Source: Bacteroidales bacterium
GTDB lineage: Bacteria; Bacteroidota; Bacteroidia; Bacteroidales; 4484-276
DNA: 59,953 bases
Direction of reading: 5' to 3'
Assembly: GCA_029934065.1 (NCBI GenBank)
Contig: JAOZMX010000002.1
Location: 138 to 60,090, forward strand
Within the stretch, counting starts at the first letter, position 1; every line of letters starts with the position of its first letter. A program made the translations under genes and the position numbers. A model generated the notes under the pieces. It was given only the letters and a program-made list of their open reading frames with translations. It did no database searches and was not told where the DNA came from. Of the stretch, positions 25,116 to 35,900 are shown in pieces.

Positions 25116-28100
25116 ATGAAAACATTATTTACGTCATTCGTTTTGCTGGCATTAACAGCAATTGCGTTACAGGCACACAATCCTTACGGTAAAGGGTTGT
25201 ACGGAAAATCATGCAAAACAACCGAAAGCATGTTGTTTTCGCCTGCGGGGTCGGCCCCAACGGGTGTTTCGTGCATTGACAATCACAACGGAACGGTTGA
25301 TGTCCATTGGACACCGCCGGCAGACCTCACCAACTTTACGGGTTATGCCGTTTACCGCAGCGAGCTGGAAAATTTCGCACCGTCCGCTTATAATCTGATG
25401 ATACAAAACGTTGGCGACACCTTGTGGGAGGACAACACTGTTGAAGACTTTCACACCTATTACTACATCGTTTCGTCCAACTACGGCGGAGGGGAAGAAT
25501 ATTTCTCGGAATGTTCGGCGGGAGTACTTGTCAACAACACAAGTCAAACCACGGTATTGGGATATGCCTATCTTGAAGGCGAGAACAACCATGCCGGCAT
25601 CAAAGTGAGTTTTGTCCCGGAATCCCCGTCGGCGGTTGCCGACAGCATTTACACCAATGCTTTGGGATATTTCGAAACCCACGATCTGATTGCAGGTGTT
25701 TATTCGGTTTGGCTGAGTAAGCCCGGATATCAGTCCACCGTCATTCTTGAGGGAGCAACGGTGATTGACGATCTTGACCTGGGGGAAACGACGATCAACC
25801 GGGTGGGGACGATCGTTTCGGGAAATGTTTCGGGTACCTGGAGCAACTATGTCACCGTCACCGGCGACATCACGGTAGAGGCCGGCGACTCGCTGATTAT
25901 CGAAGCCGGAACAAAGATCAGGTTTCTCGGTTATTACCGTTTTTACATTCACGGCTATGTCGCTGCCGGAGGAACGGAAGCGGATACGATATTGATGACG
26001 TCGGCGCCCGAAAATCAGGTTCAGCAAGCCGGTCAGTGGTTCGGTATTGCCTTTTACGACGACACCGACGACCATTCGTTTTTTAATTATACCAAACTGG
26101 AATATGCCTTCGACGGCGTTTACGCCGAATATTCCGCCCCGGTCTTTACGCATTGTTTCTTCCGGGATTGTAGTTCTCACGCTGCCATTATCAGGCATTA
26201 TGCCAATCCGGAATTTTATTACTGCACCATGGACAATACCAATTACGGATTTTATTTGAACGATCATTGCGATGTTTTGATTGACGGATGTACCATAACA
26301 CACCAATCCAATGACGGGTTCCTTATCGAAAGTAACTGGAATTACGGAAAGATCCGTAACAGCAAGATGATTCAAAACAGCCGTTACGGGATTTTTCTGA
26401 ATAACGATTCGTCACCCGAGATTACCGGAAACCTTTTTGAGCAAAATAATTACGGCATTCGTTTCAAACATAATTGTGATGCCTTTGTTACCGGAAACCG
26501 GTTTATCAACAATTCCTACGGCATTGTTTTCGAGTCGGACAACAATTCGGATGTGGTGATCAGCCGGAATATATTTGCATACAATACAAACGACGGGATT
26601 TACAAAAATGCCAACGATCAAAACCTCACCATCACTTACAATACAATTTGCTGTAACGGGGGTGACGGCATTGAGATCGGAAACAACGGAACCGAATCGG
26701 TAACCAACAACATCATTTACAACAACGGTCAATACGGCCTAAGGAGCAATGCATATATCGAGACTTTCGAAAACAATGATATTTACAACAACGGTGCAGG
26801 TGAGATTTCCAATACGGCAAATCTGCCACTTGAAACCTGGAACTTTGTTTCGGTCAATCCGAATACGGGGGCAAGTTGCGATATTTACCGCAACATATCG
26901 GAAGACCCGTTGTTTGTTTTTTCCGATTCGCTGGATTTTAATTTGACTTACGGCTCAAAATGCACTAACGGAGGCGCTGTGGACATTACCGATCCCGACG
27001 GAACAATTTCCGACATCGGTGCCGTACCTTTCGATCACGGCAATCCGCACAGGATTTTTGTAACGGGTACCGGCAACCAAACCGTTTCATTAATGTGGCA
27101 TGATGTTGACAACGACTCGCTGGTTGCTTATAAAGTTTATTACAAAGTTGCCGGCGGCAAAGACGATTATACTTTCTTCGCATCAACACCTGATACCGCA
27201 ATTGATGTTACGGGACTTACCGACAACACCTTTTACGATTTTACCGTTACGGGAAGCTATGCGGTATATGAATCGGGTTATGCTCCTCCGGTGAGTGAGG
27301 CGCCCGGGATTCCGCAATTGGCTTATGATCCGGGAAGTTATGTTGTAACGATCCCGCAATCGGAAGACTCGGCGGTGGAGAATTTAACGCTGACCAACAA
27401 CGGTACGCGAGACCTTTCGGTAAGTTTTCCGTTTGCCAACAGCCACGCTGCTTATGCTGTTTTCGACGGAAGCGGCGATTATGTAACCTACGGGAATCCG
27501 CCACAACTTCAGGGAATGGATGCGCTCACGCTGGAATGCTGGGTTTACATGGAAGGAAACAACACTTGTTCATTCGTGAGCCGTAATCATCGTTATTATG
27601 AATTGAGTTACGACAGTTATTGGCACAGGCTGCGTTTTGTTAAAGGCTATGCCAACTCGGGAAATATATCAACACAGAACTGGCTGACAAACCTGCATAT
27701 CAATACGAATCAATGGTATCATATTGCCGTTGCATGGGAAGGAAACGTCGTTAAATTATATGCCGACGGTGAGCAAATTTGGGAAACCGATGATGCCGTG
27801 GCAGCCGAAATCCCACCCTACCGGTGGTACACCTTTGATCTCGGAAGAAGAGGTGGCGAAAACGGCTATTATCTCAACGGAAGGATTGCGGAAGTCAGGC
27901 TATGGAACATTGCCCGTACCGGAGAAGAGATCAGACAAAATATGTTCATGTCGCTTTCGGGCAACGAAGAGGGCCTTGCAGGATACTGGCCTTTACAGGA
28001 AGATTATAACGACCACTCGGTTTACGGTGCAACACCGACGGTTTATGGAGAGACACATTTCGGCCAGGGAACTCACCCCGCTTTTGTTTATTACACCGTA

Positions 28101-29828
28101 CCGCAAAGCAATTACCTCATCAATCCCGGACAAAGTGAAGTTGTCCCGCTGACATTTTACAACAGGGATGATATGACGTCGGTATTTTTCACCACTTCCT
28201 TCAGCAGCAACGATAATTCCCTTCCCCGGGCCGATATCGATGTTTTCCTTCAATACGGAACTCCCATACCAACCACGCCGGTCTATTTCGATCCCGTCGA
28301 TCCTACCGGAAAACCTTACACCATTGTGATAAAAGATGCCGAAATCGACGGCGAGACCATCGTAACGGGCGATGAGATCGGCGTGTTCGACGGCAATTTA
28401 TGCGTGGGCGCCGGCATTTTCGACGGTACCTTCAACTTTGCGATCACCGCCTGGGAAAGCGATCCCGGACAGGGTTTGGCGGGCTTCACGGCAGGGCACA
28501 ACATGGTCTTCAGAATTTACGACGCTTCCGTCGATCTGGAAACCAACATTGCCGAAGAGACCTATTTCATCGGCGACGACACCTTCGGCTACGGCACTTT
28601 TTCGGCACTCTCGCTCGAAGCATCGGTATTTAACTTCCAAAACATCTCCGTCACCGGCGGGCAATACAATCTGATTTCGTTCAACTTGCTGCCCCGCTAC
28701 CCCGACGCATGGGATGTGTTCGGCGGATTGGAAAATCTGCAGATCGTGTACAACGACGACGGGGGTATGCTGATCCCGCAATACAACATCAACACCATCG
28801 GCGACATTAACTTTCTGGACGGATTTTACCTTTTCACCGATACCGGCGTCACCTTATCCTACGAAGGCACACGTGTGCATGTGGAAGACTGGGGCATCAC
28901 CCTTGCGCCAAGCAAATGGAATTACATTTCGGTGTTGAGCCAAAATCCCGTGGCGGTCGAAGATGTTTTTTCCGGACTGGAAAATACAATTGATATCGTG
29001 CAGTCGGCATCGGGCGAATCATGGATTCCCTCACTGGGCATCAATACCCTTGGAGATATGCAACCCGGCCGGGGCTACAAAGTTGCTTTGGATGTGGATA
29101 CGGCGGTAACATTTTATTATCCCGCCGGATCGAAAAACACTGCATCACAGCCTTCCCCCGGTCGTCCCGAGGCAACGGCTCCCGTTGACAACACCTTTTT
29201 CGAATCTGTGGAAACAGGATTACCGTGGGCTGTCGTACTAACGGTTAAATCACCACAGGAAACGCCCGGGTATTTGCTGCCCGGTGACGAGATCGGCCTG
29301 TTCGACGGAAACCTTTGTGTCGGAGCAGCCGTGTATCAGGGCGGAGAGCAGTTGCTGATCACCGCATGGGAAAAGGACGACATGCAGAATCTGCCGGGAT
29401 TTACTCCCGGGAATACACTGTCCGCCAGGGTTCACAAGCCGGCCGCAGCACAGTCCGTCATGCTTCGTGTTGCGGATTATTCGGGCAACAGGCCTCTTTT
29501 CGGCCAGAGCAATTACGGCAACTTTGTCCTCGAAACCCTTCCCATCGTTGAAGATCCGTTTAAATTCGGCATCATCCCCAATCCTTTCAAAGAGACCACC
29601 ACCGTAATTTTTGATTTGCATGAAGACGATTTGGTAAAAGTGAATGTCTTCGACGGTTCCGGAAGGCTTGTCAAATTGCTGACCGACCAAAGATATGCTG
29701 CCGATGAGCACCGTTTAACCTGGGACGGAACCGACATGTACGGCAAAAAACTATGCCCCGGCATCTATTTCGTCACGGCCGAAACCACTCACGGTGTTTA
29801 CATCCGGAAAGCAGTGATCCTGAAATAA
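25116..29828 (+). CDS. Giant secreted T9SS cargo protein. Order: FN3-like, carboxypeptidase-regulatory-like, parallel beta-helix (PbH1) repeats, FN3-like, Ig-like domain with nested LamG, shared cassette, T9SS CTD
   Basis: 1570-codon ORF with ATG start and signal peptide MKTLFTSFVLLALTAIALQA. FN3-like: GTVDVHWTPPADLTNFTGYAVYRS and VSLMWHDVDNDSLVAYKVYYKV. PbH1-like repeats at ~25830-26990: NSRYGIFLNNDSSPEITGNLFEQNNYGIRFKHNCDAFVTGNRFINNSYGIVFES...NNIIYNNGQYGLRS. LamG-like domain ends in GRIAEVRLWNIARTGEEIRQNM. Confidence 0.9.
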   Translation: MKTLFTSFVLLALTAIALQAHNPYGKGLYGKSCKTTESMLFSPAGSAPTGVSCIDNHNGTVDVHWTPPADLTNFTGYAVYRSELENFAPSAYNLMIQNVGDTLWEDNTVEDFHTYYYIVSSNYGGGEEYFSECSAGVLVNNTSQTTVLGYAYLEGENNHAGIKVSFVPESPSAVADSIYTNALGYFETHDLIAGVYSVWLSKPGYQSTVILEGATVIDDLDLGETTINRVGTIVSGNVSGTWSNYVTVTGDITVEAGDSLIIEAGTKIRFLGYYRFYIHGYVAAGGTEADTILMTSAPENQVQQAGQWFGIAFYDDTDDHSFFNYTKLEYAFDGVYAEYSAPVFTHCFFRDCSSHAAIIRHYANPEFYYCTMDNTNYGFYLNDHCDVLIDGCTITHQSNDGFLIESNWNYGKIRNSKMIQNSRYGIFLNNDSSPEITGNLFEQNNYGIRFKHNCDAFVTGNRFINNSYGIVFESDNNSDVVISRNIFAYNTNDGIYKNANDQNLTITYNTICCNGGDGIEIGNNGTESVTNNIIYNNGQYGLRSNAYIETFENNDIYNNGAGEISNTANLPLETWNFVSVNPNTGASCDIYRNISEDPLFVFSDSLDFNLTYGSKCTNGGAVDITDPDGTISDIGAVPFDHGNPHRIFVTGTGNQTVSLMWHDVDNDSLVAYKVYYKVAGGKDDYTFFASTPDTAIDVTGLTDNTFYDFTVTGSYAVYESGYAPPVSEAPGIPQLAYDPGSYVVTIPQSEDSAVENLTLTNNGTRDLSVSFPFANSHAAYAVFDGSGDYVTYGNPPQLQGMDALTLECWVYMEGNNTCSFVSRNHRYYELSYDSYWHRLRFVKGYANSGNISTQNWLTNLHINTNQWYHIAVAWEGNVVKLYADGEQIWETDDAVAAEIPPYRWYTFDLGRRGGENGYYLNGRIAEVRLWNIARTGEEIRQNMFMSLSGNEEGLAGYWPLQEDYNDHSVYGATPTVYGETHFGQGTHPAFVYYTVPQSNYLINPGQSEVVPLTFYNRDDMTSVFFTTSFSSNDNSLPRADIDVFLQYGTPIPTTPVYFDPVDPTGKPYTIVIKDAEIDGETIVTGDEIGVFDGNLCVGAGIFDGTFNFAITAWESDPGQGLAGFTAGHNMVFRIYDASVDLETNIAEETYFIGDDTFGYGTFSALSLEASVFNFQNISVTGGQYNLISFNLLPRYPDAWDVFGGLENLQIVYNDDGGMLIPQYNINTIGDINFLDGFYLFTDTGVTLSYEGTRVHVEDWGITLAPSKWNYISVLSQNPVAVEDVFSGLENTIDIVQSASGESWIPSLGINTLGDMQPGRGYKVALDVDTAVTFYYPAGSKNTASQPSPGRPEATAPVDNTFFESVETGLPWAVVLTVKSPQETPGYLLPGDEIGLFDGNLCVGAAVYQGGEQLLITAWEKDDMQNLPGFTPGNTLSARVHKPAAAQSVMLRVADYSGNRPLFGQSNYGNFVLETLPIVEDPFKFGIIPNPFKETTTVIFDLHEDDLVKVNVFDGSGRLVKLLTDQRYAADEHRLTWDGTDMYGKKLCPGIYFVTAETTHGVYIRKAVILK
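27450..28005 (+). other. LamG/concanavalin-A-like domain nested within an Ig-like (choice-of-anchor-D-like) domain spanning 27325-28258
   Basis: Host-domain first half: YVVTIPQSEDSAVENLTLTNNGTRDLSVSF. Then the LamG-like insert (AVFDGSGDYVTYG...WYHIAVAWEGNVVKLYADG...GRIAEVRLWNIARTGEEI...GYWPLQED). Then the host second half: FVYYTVPQSNYLINPGQSEVVPLTFYN...SSNDNSLPRADIDVFLQYG. Confidence 0.6.
29560..29825 (+). other. T9SS type-A C-terminal sorting domain of the 1570-codon product
   Basis: FKFGIIPNPFKETTTVIFDLHEDDLVKVNVFDGSGRLVKLL...GIYFVTAETTHGVYIRKAVILK fits the Por-secretion-tail pattern. Confidence 0.75.
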
Positions 29829-29847
29829 ACCCTTTTCATTTTGCACA

Positions 29848-29889
29848 TTTTCCGCTGCCACTCAAAAACAGCGGGGAAACAGTTTTTTT
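29848..29889 (+). terminator. Terminator-like hairpin plus T7 between the 1570- and 5387-codon genes
   Basis: CCGCTG (29852-29857) pairs with CAGCGG (29869-29874) and is extendable with G-U pairs. The loop is 11 nt and T7 lies at 29883-29889. The T-tract is 8 nt from the stem, so this is not a textbook terminator. Confidence 0.4.
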
Positions 29890-29913
29890 GAACAAACGAA
29901 AAAATTTAAAACG

Positions 29914-32900
29914 ATGGATACAAAAAATAAAACCGGATATTTCAGGCACTTCGGAATAATCGTTTTGCTGATCGCCTTGCTTAACATTCAAGGATTGGTT
30001 ACTGCACAAAACGAACCTTTCGAGCCGGTACCTCCGACAGGTTTGCCATACGGCATTGTTTTGACCAACCTCAACATCAACGGTGAAACGCTTCCCGTGG
30101 GAACACAAATCGGTGTGTTTGACGGTGAACTGTGCGTCGGCGTCGTTGATTTCGACGGCAGCGACACCCTGAACCTTATTGCCTGGGAGGGCGACACCTC
30201 GCAGAACCTTGCCGGATATACCGCCGGCAATCCCATGTCGTTCAAGTTTCATGTCTTATGGCATTCGGAATATCAAAACTTTGATGCCGAAGCAAATTAT
30301 TCCGTCGGCGACGGCACCTTCGGATACGGAAATTATTCGGCGGTAACATTGTGGGTTACAACCGGTCTGATTCCTCATTGTTGGGTTTCCGATACGTTAT
30401 TGATGTTCAATATGGTTCCCGTTAACCAAAGCAGGAGCCTGCCGGTTGTTTTTCATAACGGGGGAACGGCCAAACTTGCCGTTACCGGCATTGAAAACGG
30501 CGACAGCCATTTCACCTGTTCATCTTCGTCGCTGCTGATTGATCCGGCGGAACAAGATACATTGTGGGTTACCTTCATACCCACCGAAACGATCACCTAT
30601 TCCGATGTGCTCACCATGCAAACCGACGATCCCGATCTCCCCGCATTGTCGATCCCGTTGTACGGGGCGGGCATTCCGCAGGCACAGCCTCATATCGTCG
30701 TGAATCCGGCGGCGCTGCATTTCGGAAGCATTGCCCACGGTACAACCTCCTCATTGATCCTGAACTTGTTCAATAACGGAGATGCAACCCTTGAAATAAC
30801 GGAGATCACATCGTCAAACGATGCTTTTGCGCTTTTCGGAAACACCCCGTTCACTGTCGAACCCGGGAAAAACACCGACATTTCCGTTTTATTCTCTCCC
30901 GCTCAAACGGGCTCTTATTACGGCACCCTCACCATTCAAAACAACGATCATCCGGTGGTTGTCCCCCTTACGGGAACGGCCGCACAAGGTCATTTTTCCT
31001 GTGTGGAGCCCACCGGAAAACCCTATCCCGTTTTGATTGATACCATTATGATGGACGGGTATTTCCCTTCGCCCGAAAACGAGATTGCCGTTTTCGACGG
31101 AACGTTGTGCGTCGGTACGGGAACTTTCATCAGCAGCAACAACGACAAAAGCCTTTCACTTGACGGTGACAACGATTATCTGACCAACGAAAATTCCACC
31201 GAATTCGACCTTCAGCAACTGACCCTCTCGGCATGGGTGTTTTCCGAAAATTTTAACCAAAACGGTTTTATCTTTGAGAAAGGAGCCAAAAACACTCAAT
31301 ACTCATTGTTTTTTCAGGGAGATCAAATCTTTTTCGGTACCAAACCCGAAGGGACATCAGGATATGACAATTTTGCGGTCAATTCCGCTTCGGCGGGAAT
31401 CACCGACGGACAGTGGCATTTTATTACGGCTACCTACGACGGTTTACAGAAAAAAATATATGTGGACGGCACACTCGCCGGCACACAGAACTACAGTCAA
31501 CCCCTTCATACCGGAGAACAGGGTCAGATCATCGGCGCTTACGGTGCCACAGGAGGGCACGGTTATTATTTCAACGGTCTGATCGACGAGGTCAGGGTTT
31601 GGAATGTTGCCCGCACCGGGGAAGAAATCAGGGCGGGTATGCTGTTTTCCCTTCATCCCAACACCCTGGGTTTGGTCGGATACTGGAATTTCGGGGACGG
31701 CAGCATCAACAATCTTGCTTTCGGAGCCACACCTTCGGTATTGCACGGTGATGCCGTTGCCGACGGGGAACAATTCGGCGGCATCTTTTCGGAGATTTTG
31801 ATCACGGCGTGGGAAAAGGACGATGCCCTGGGATTGCCCGGATTTACACCCGGTAACCCCATGAGTTTCAAAATCTGGTGTGATGTTTTCGATACGTGGG
31901 CCGAAACAAATGCCACGGCTGAATTTATTACGGGAAACGGGAATTTCGGCGCCGGACAGATCAGCGTCGTCGATCTCTCGGGCAATGCAGGCATTGCTCC
32001 CCATATGGGGCTCCCGGCAGAAGAGCTTTTTGTCGGTCAGGTGGAGCCCGGCAACACGGCCGTCAATGAATTCACGGTATTCAATACCGGAAACGCTCCG
32101 TTGCACCTGATTGTATCGGAAAATGCCGAAGCCTTCGATGTGTCGGTTTCCAATGCGGTGATAGACCCGGCGGATTCCTTGCAGATCGGGATCACATTTT
32201 CACCCGATGCACCGGGCGGCTACTCCGCAGACATGAAACTTTACAGCAACGATCCCGACAACCCCGTCACGGCTATTCTGCTCAACGGTTTTGCCATCCC
32301 TTCGGGAGAACCCGGCATTGCCACGTCGATGGATCATATCGGTTTTTTCAACGTTGTGGTCGATTCCGTTAAAACATTGTCGTTTTACGTAATCAATACC
32401 GGAACACTGCCATTGACGGTAACGGAAATGAAGACCTCCTGTGCGCAGTTTTCGGTATCTCCCTCCGCATTCACCCTCGAAAACACCAACGATTTGAAAG
32501 AGGTCTTCGTGAGTTTCACCCCCGACGCAAAGGGATTGTTTACCGATACACTGACCATCGTTTCCAACGCACCGGACCATCAACTGGAACTTTTCGGAAC
32601 GGGGTTCGAAAATCATTTCAATCCCGTTGATCCCACGGGAAAACCCTATCCCATCGTGGTGAACGAGACCAATTTGGGGACAACCATCACACCCGGCGAC
32701 GAATTGTCGGTTTTCGACGGAAACACCTGCGTGGGCATGGCGGCGGGAATGGAAGGTTATTTTGGAAAGGCGGCCGTTTTTTCCGCAGGGGCGGATTATA
32801 TCACTGTTGACGAGCCGGGAGAATTCACCGAATTCACCGTTGAATTCTGGCGCAAATCCACCGGCAACGGCATTTCCAACAATCCGCGCATGATCTCCAT

Positions 32901-35900
32901 GTGGAAAACCGCTCCCAACAACAGCTCCGATGATGCCCTCGTCATTGAGCATACCAACAGCAATCAAAATACGGTTACCGTATGGTTTTCGCCCGACGGC
33001 GACAACAAACAGATCGGCGACATCAATCTGTCGCAGCAGCAGTGGCACCATCTTGCTTTTACCTTCGACGGCACAACGGCAAAAGTGTATGCCGACGGCG
33101 AACTGAAAGCTTCGGAAACGTATGCCCCCGATCCCGGATTAACGTTCCACTGTTTGCAGATCGGCGGCGACGAACCCATGAACCGCTATTTCAACGGCCT
33201 GATGGATGAAGTCAGGCTCTGGAATGTGGCGAAGACGGAAGAACAGATCCGCAGCTTGTTCCGTTTCAGGCTTAAGGGCGATGAAGAGGGTCTGACGGGC
33301 TACTGGCCGTTTGACGAAGACATGAACGATCATTCGCCGTTGCAGCATGCCACACAGGCCTTTGGCGATGTTTCGTTGACCGGCGATGTGCCGTTGCTTT
33401 TCAAAAACGGAAATTTAGCATTGACGGCATGGGAAAAGGATGTTGCCAACGGCCTGCCGGGTTTTACCCCAGGCAATCCGATGTCGTTTAAGCTTTGGAC
33501 CGAAATCAACGGCATAGCCTCGGAACTGGATGCCGAACCCGATTACCTTGTGGGGGACGGCACTTTCGGTTACGGACAGCTAACGGTAGTTAATCTGGCC
33601 TTCGGACTGCCGCAGATAGCCGTTGACCCGGAGGAGTTTTTCGTTGCCCTCGAAGAGCCCGATTCCACGGAAGTTGTGTTGCACATTTCCAATCCGGGCG
33701 TTGATGATCTGGGATTTGTAATTTCAAAGGCGCCGGAAAACGGTCAAGCACCGTGGCTTGCCGTGTCGGACACCTCCGGGACGATCGCACCTTCCGCTTC
33801 CACCGAAATCACAGTGAAATTATACTCCGAAGGGCTCAACGACGGCCTTTACGAAACGTCATTGTTGATCACCAACAACACCATCGACCATTCACCCTTT
33901 GCCGTTCCGGTGTCGCTCAACGTTACAGGAAATCCGCAAATCGCCGCCCAACCCGATTCGCTTTGCATGGGTGAAGTTGTTATCGGCGAATCGGGGGAAG
34001 ATACCCTGACGCTCGTTAATATCGGAACGAAAGCGCTTATCATCGACGATATGGCCATTCTGCACAGCGTAACTTCGGGTTTTGATTTTTCGTTACCCGC
34101 AAAAGACTTTCCCGTTGTTTTGCCTCCCGGAGGCAATCTAAAAGTTATCCTACTGTTTGCCCCGTCTTCAACGGGCTTCGTTACAGACACCCTTACGGTA
34201 AGCTCCAATGCGGTGAATGACCCCGGGATGCAGGTTATCCTGTCGGGCCGCGGGGTTACTCCTGCCGACATTTACATTCCCGAAACCGTATTTGGTTACA
34301 CCGTTGTCTGCGGTGGTACTTACTCCGATTCTTTGAAAATCCACAACCTCGGACAACAGACTCTTGAGTTTGCCTTGCAAAGCAATGCCGCATGGTTGGA
34401 GGGTTATCCGCAGGAGGCCGTAATACCCGGCGGCGACAGCATCACCGTTCATTTGAATATTTCGGCAGTTGATCTTTACGCCGGAAACTATGAATCCGTG
34501 TTGACCGTAAACTCCAACGACCCCGACGACCCCGTTGCAGAGCTCTTTAGCACACTGACGGTTACCGGCGATCCGGAAATCATCTCCACCGACTATTTTG
34601 ACATGGGTACCGCATACCTCGGCGACACCCTGACCGGTGAATTAGCCGTAGCAAACAACGGCTGCGATACGTTAAAGGTTTTTTCCGTTTCCGTCGAAAG
34701 TCAATATCCGGTATTTATTATTGACAATTCTCCTTTTGCCATCCCTCCGGGTGAGGATAAGCCGTTGCTCATCACTTTTGTTCCGCTCGACATCCGGCAA
34801 TATTCCGCCATTGTTATTCTCAATTCCAACGATCCGGTTACTCCGGAGCTTCAGGTGGTGATCGCGGCAACGGGAGCGGAACATCCCGACATGACCGTAA
34901 CACCTCAAAATTTCGAAATTACCTTGCAATCGGGTGAAAACACGCAGGAACCGTTTACGGTAGAAAACACCGGAGGCGAGTCCCTGATCTATCAGTCGGA
35001 GGTTTCACCCATGAACAGCTACATGCTGAACTTTGACGGCGATGGCGACTACATCAATGTGTTGAACGACAACTCGCTCAACTCCGGAGACGCACTTACC
35101 GTCGAACTGTGGCTCTATCCTTCGGAAAACGCCGATCAGTTCATCCTCGGAAAGGAAAATTCCGTTGAAGGGACGTACCGCTTGCGGATCAACGGCGATC
35201 AACATTACGAATTCAGACTGAACCGGCAGTTTTCGGTTATTTCCAACACACCGGCAACCGCCGACCAGTGGACACATGTTGCCGCCACTTTCGACGGCAG
35301 TACCATGCGTCTGTTCATCAACGGCATTTTGGATGCGGAACAAACCTTCGCCCCCTTCACCATTGAATCGAGCAGCGATAACGTCCGCATCGGAAGGTCT
35401 TACAAATACAAATATTTTAAAGGAAAAATGGATGAAATACGCATCTGGAACATCGCACGCAACGAATCCGAAATTCAGTCGGCCATGGGGCTTACCCTGT
35501 CGGGAGACGATCCGGAACTGATGCTGTATTTTCCTTTTACAAAATCGTCGGGCAGCATTGTCAACGACGCCTCCGCCAACGGCAACAACGGCATTCTTTA
35601 CGGAAACCCGTTCCGTCAGCAGTCAACGGCCCCCTACGACGATTTTCTTTCGCTCATTAACGGCAACGGAAGCGTTGAGCCGGGAGAACAACAGTCCGTA
35701 ATTTTATCCGTCAATTCATCGGGATTCCCGGCAGGCGGTTACCAACGCTCCGTCGTCGTTACCTCCAATTCCGTCAACAATCCTTCGGATACGGTTTCAT
35801 TGGTCGTCAATATCGAAGGATCGGGAATTATCAATCCGGTACCTGCACAACTGACCTTTGACAATATTTTCACGGGACAAACGGATACGCTGATGCTGAC

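Noticed and set aside
25209-26375. 388-codon minus-strand ORF overlapping the 5' part of the 1570-codon gene
   Set aside because: It is antisense to the FN3/beta-helix region and has no motifs of its own. Shadow ORF.
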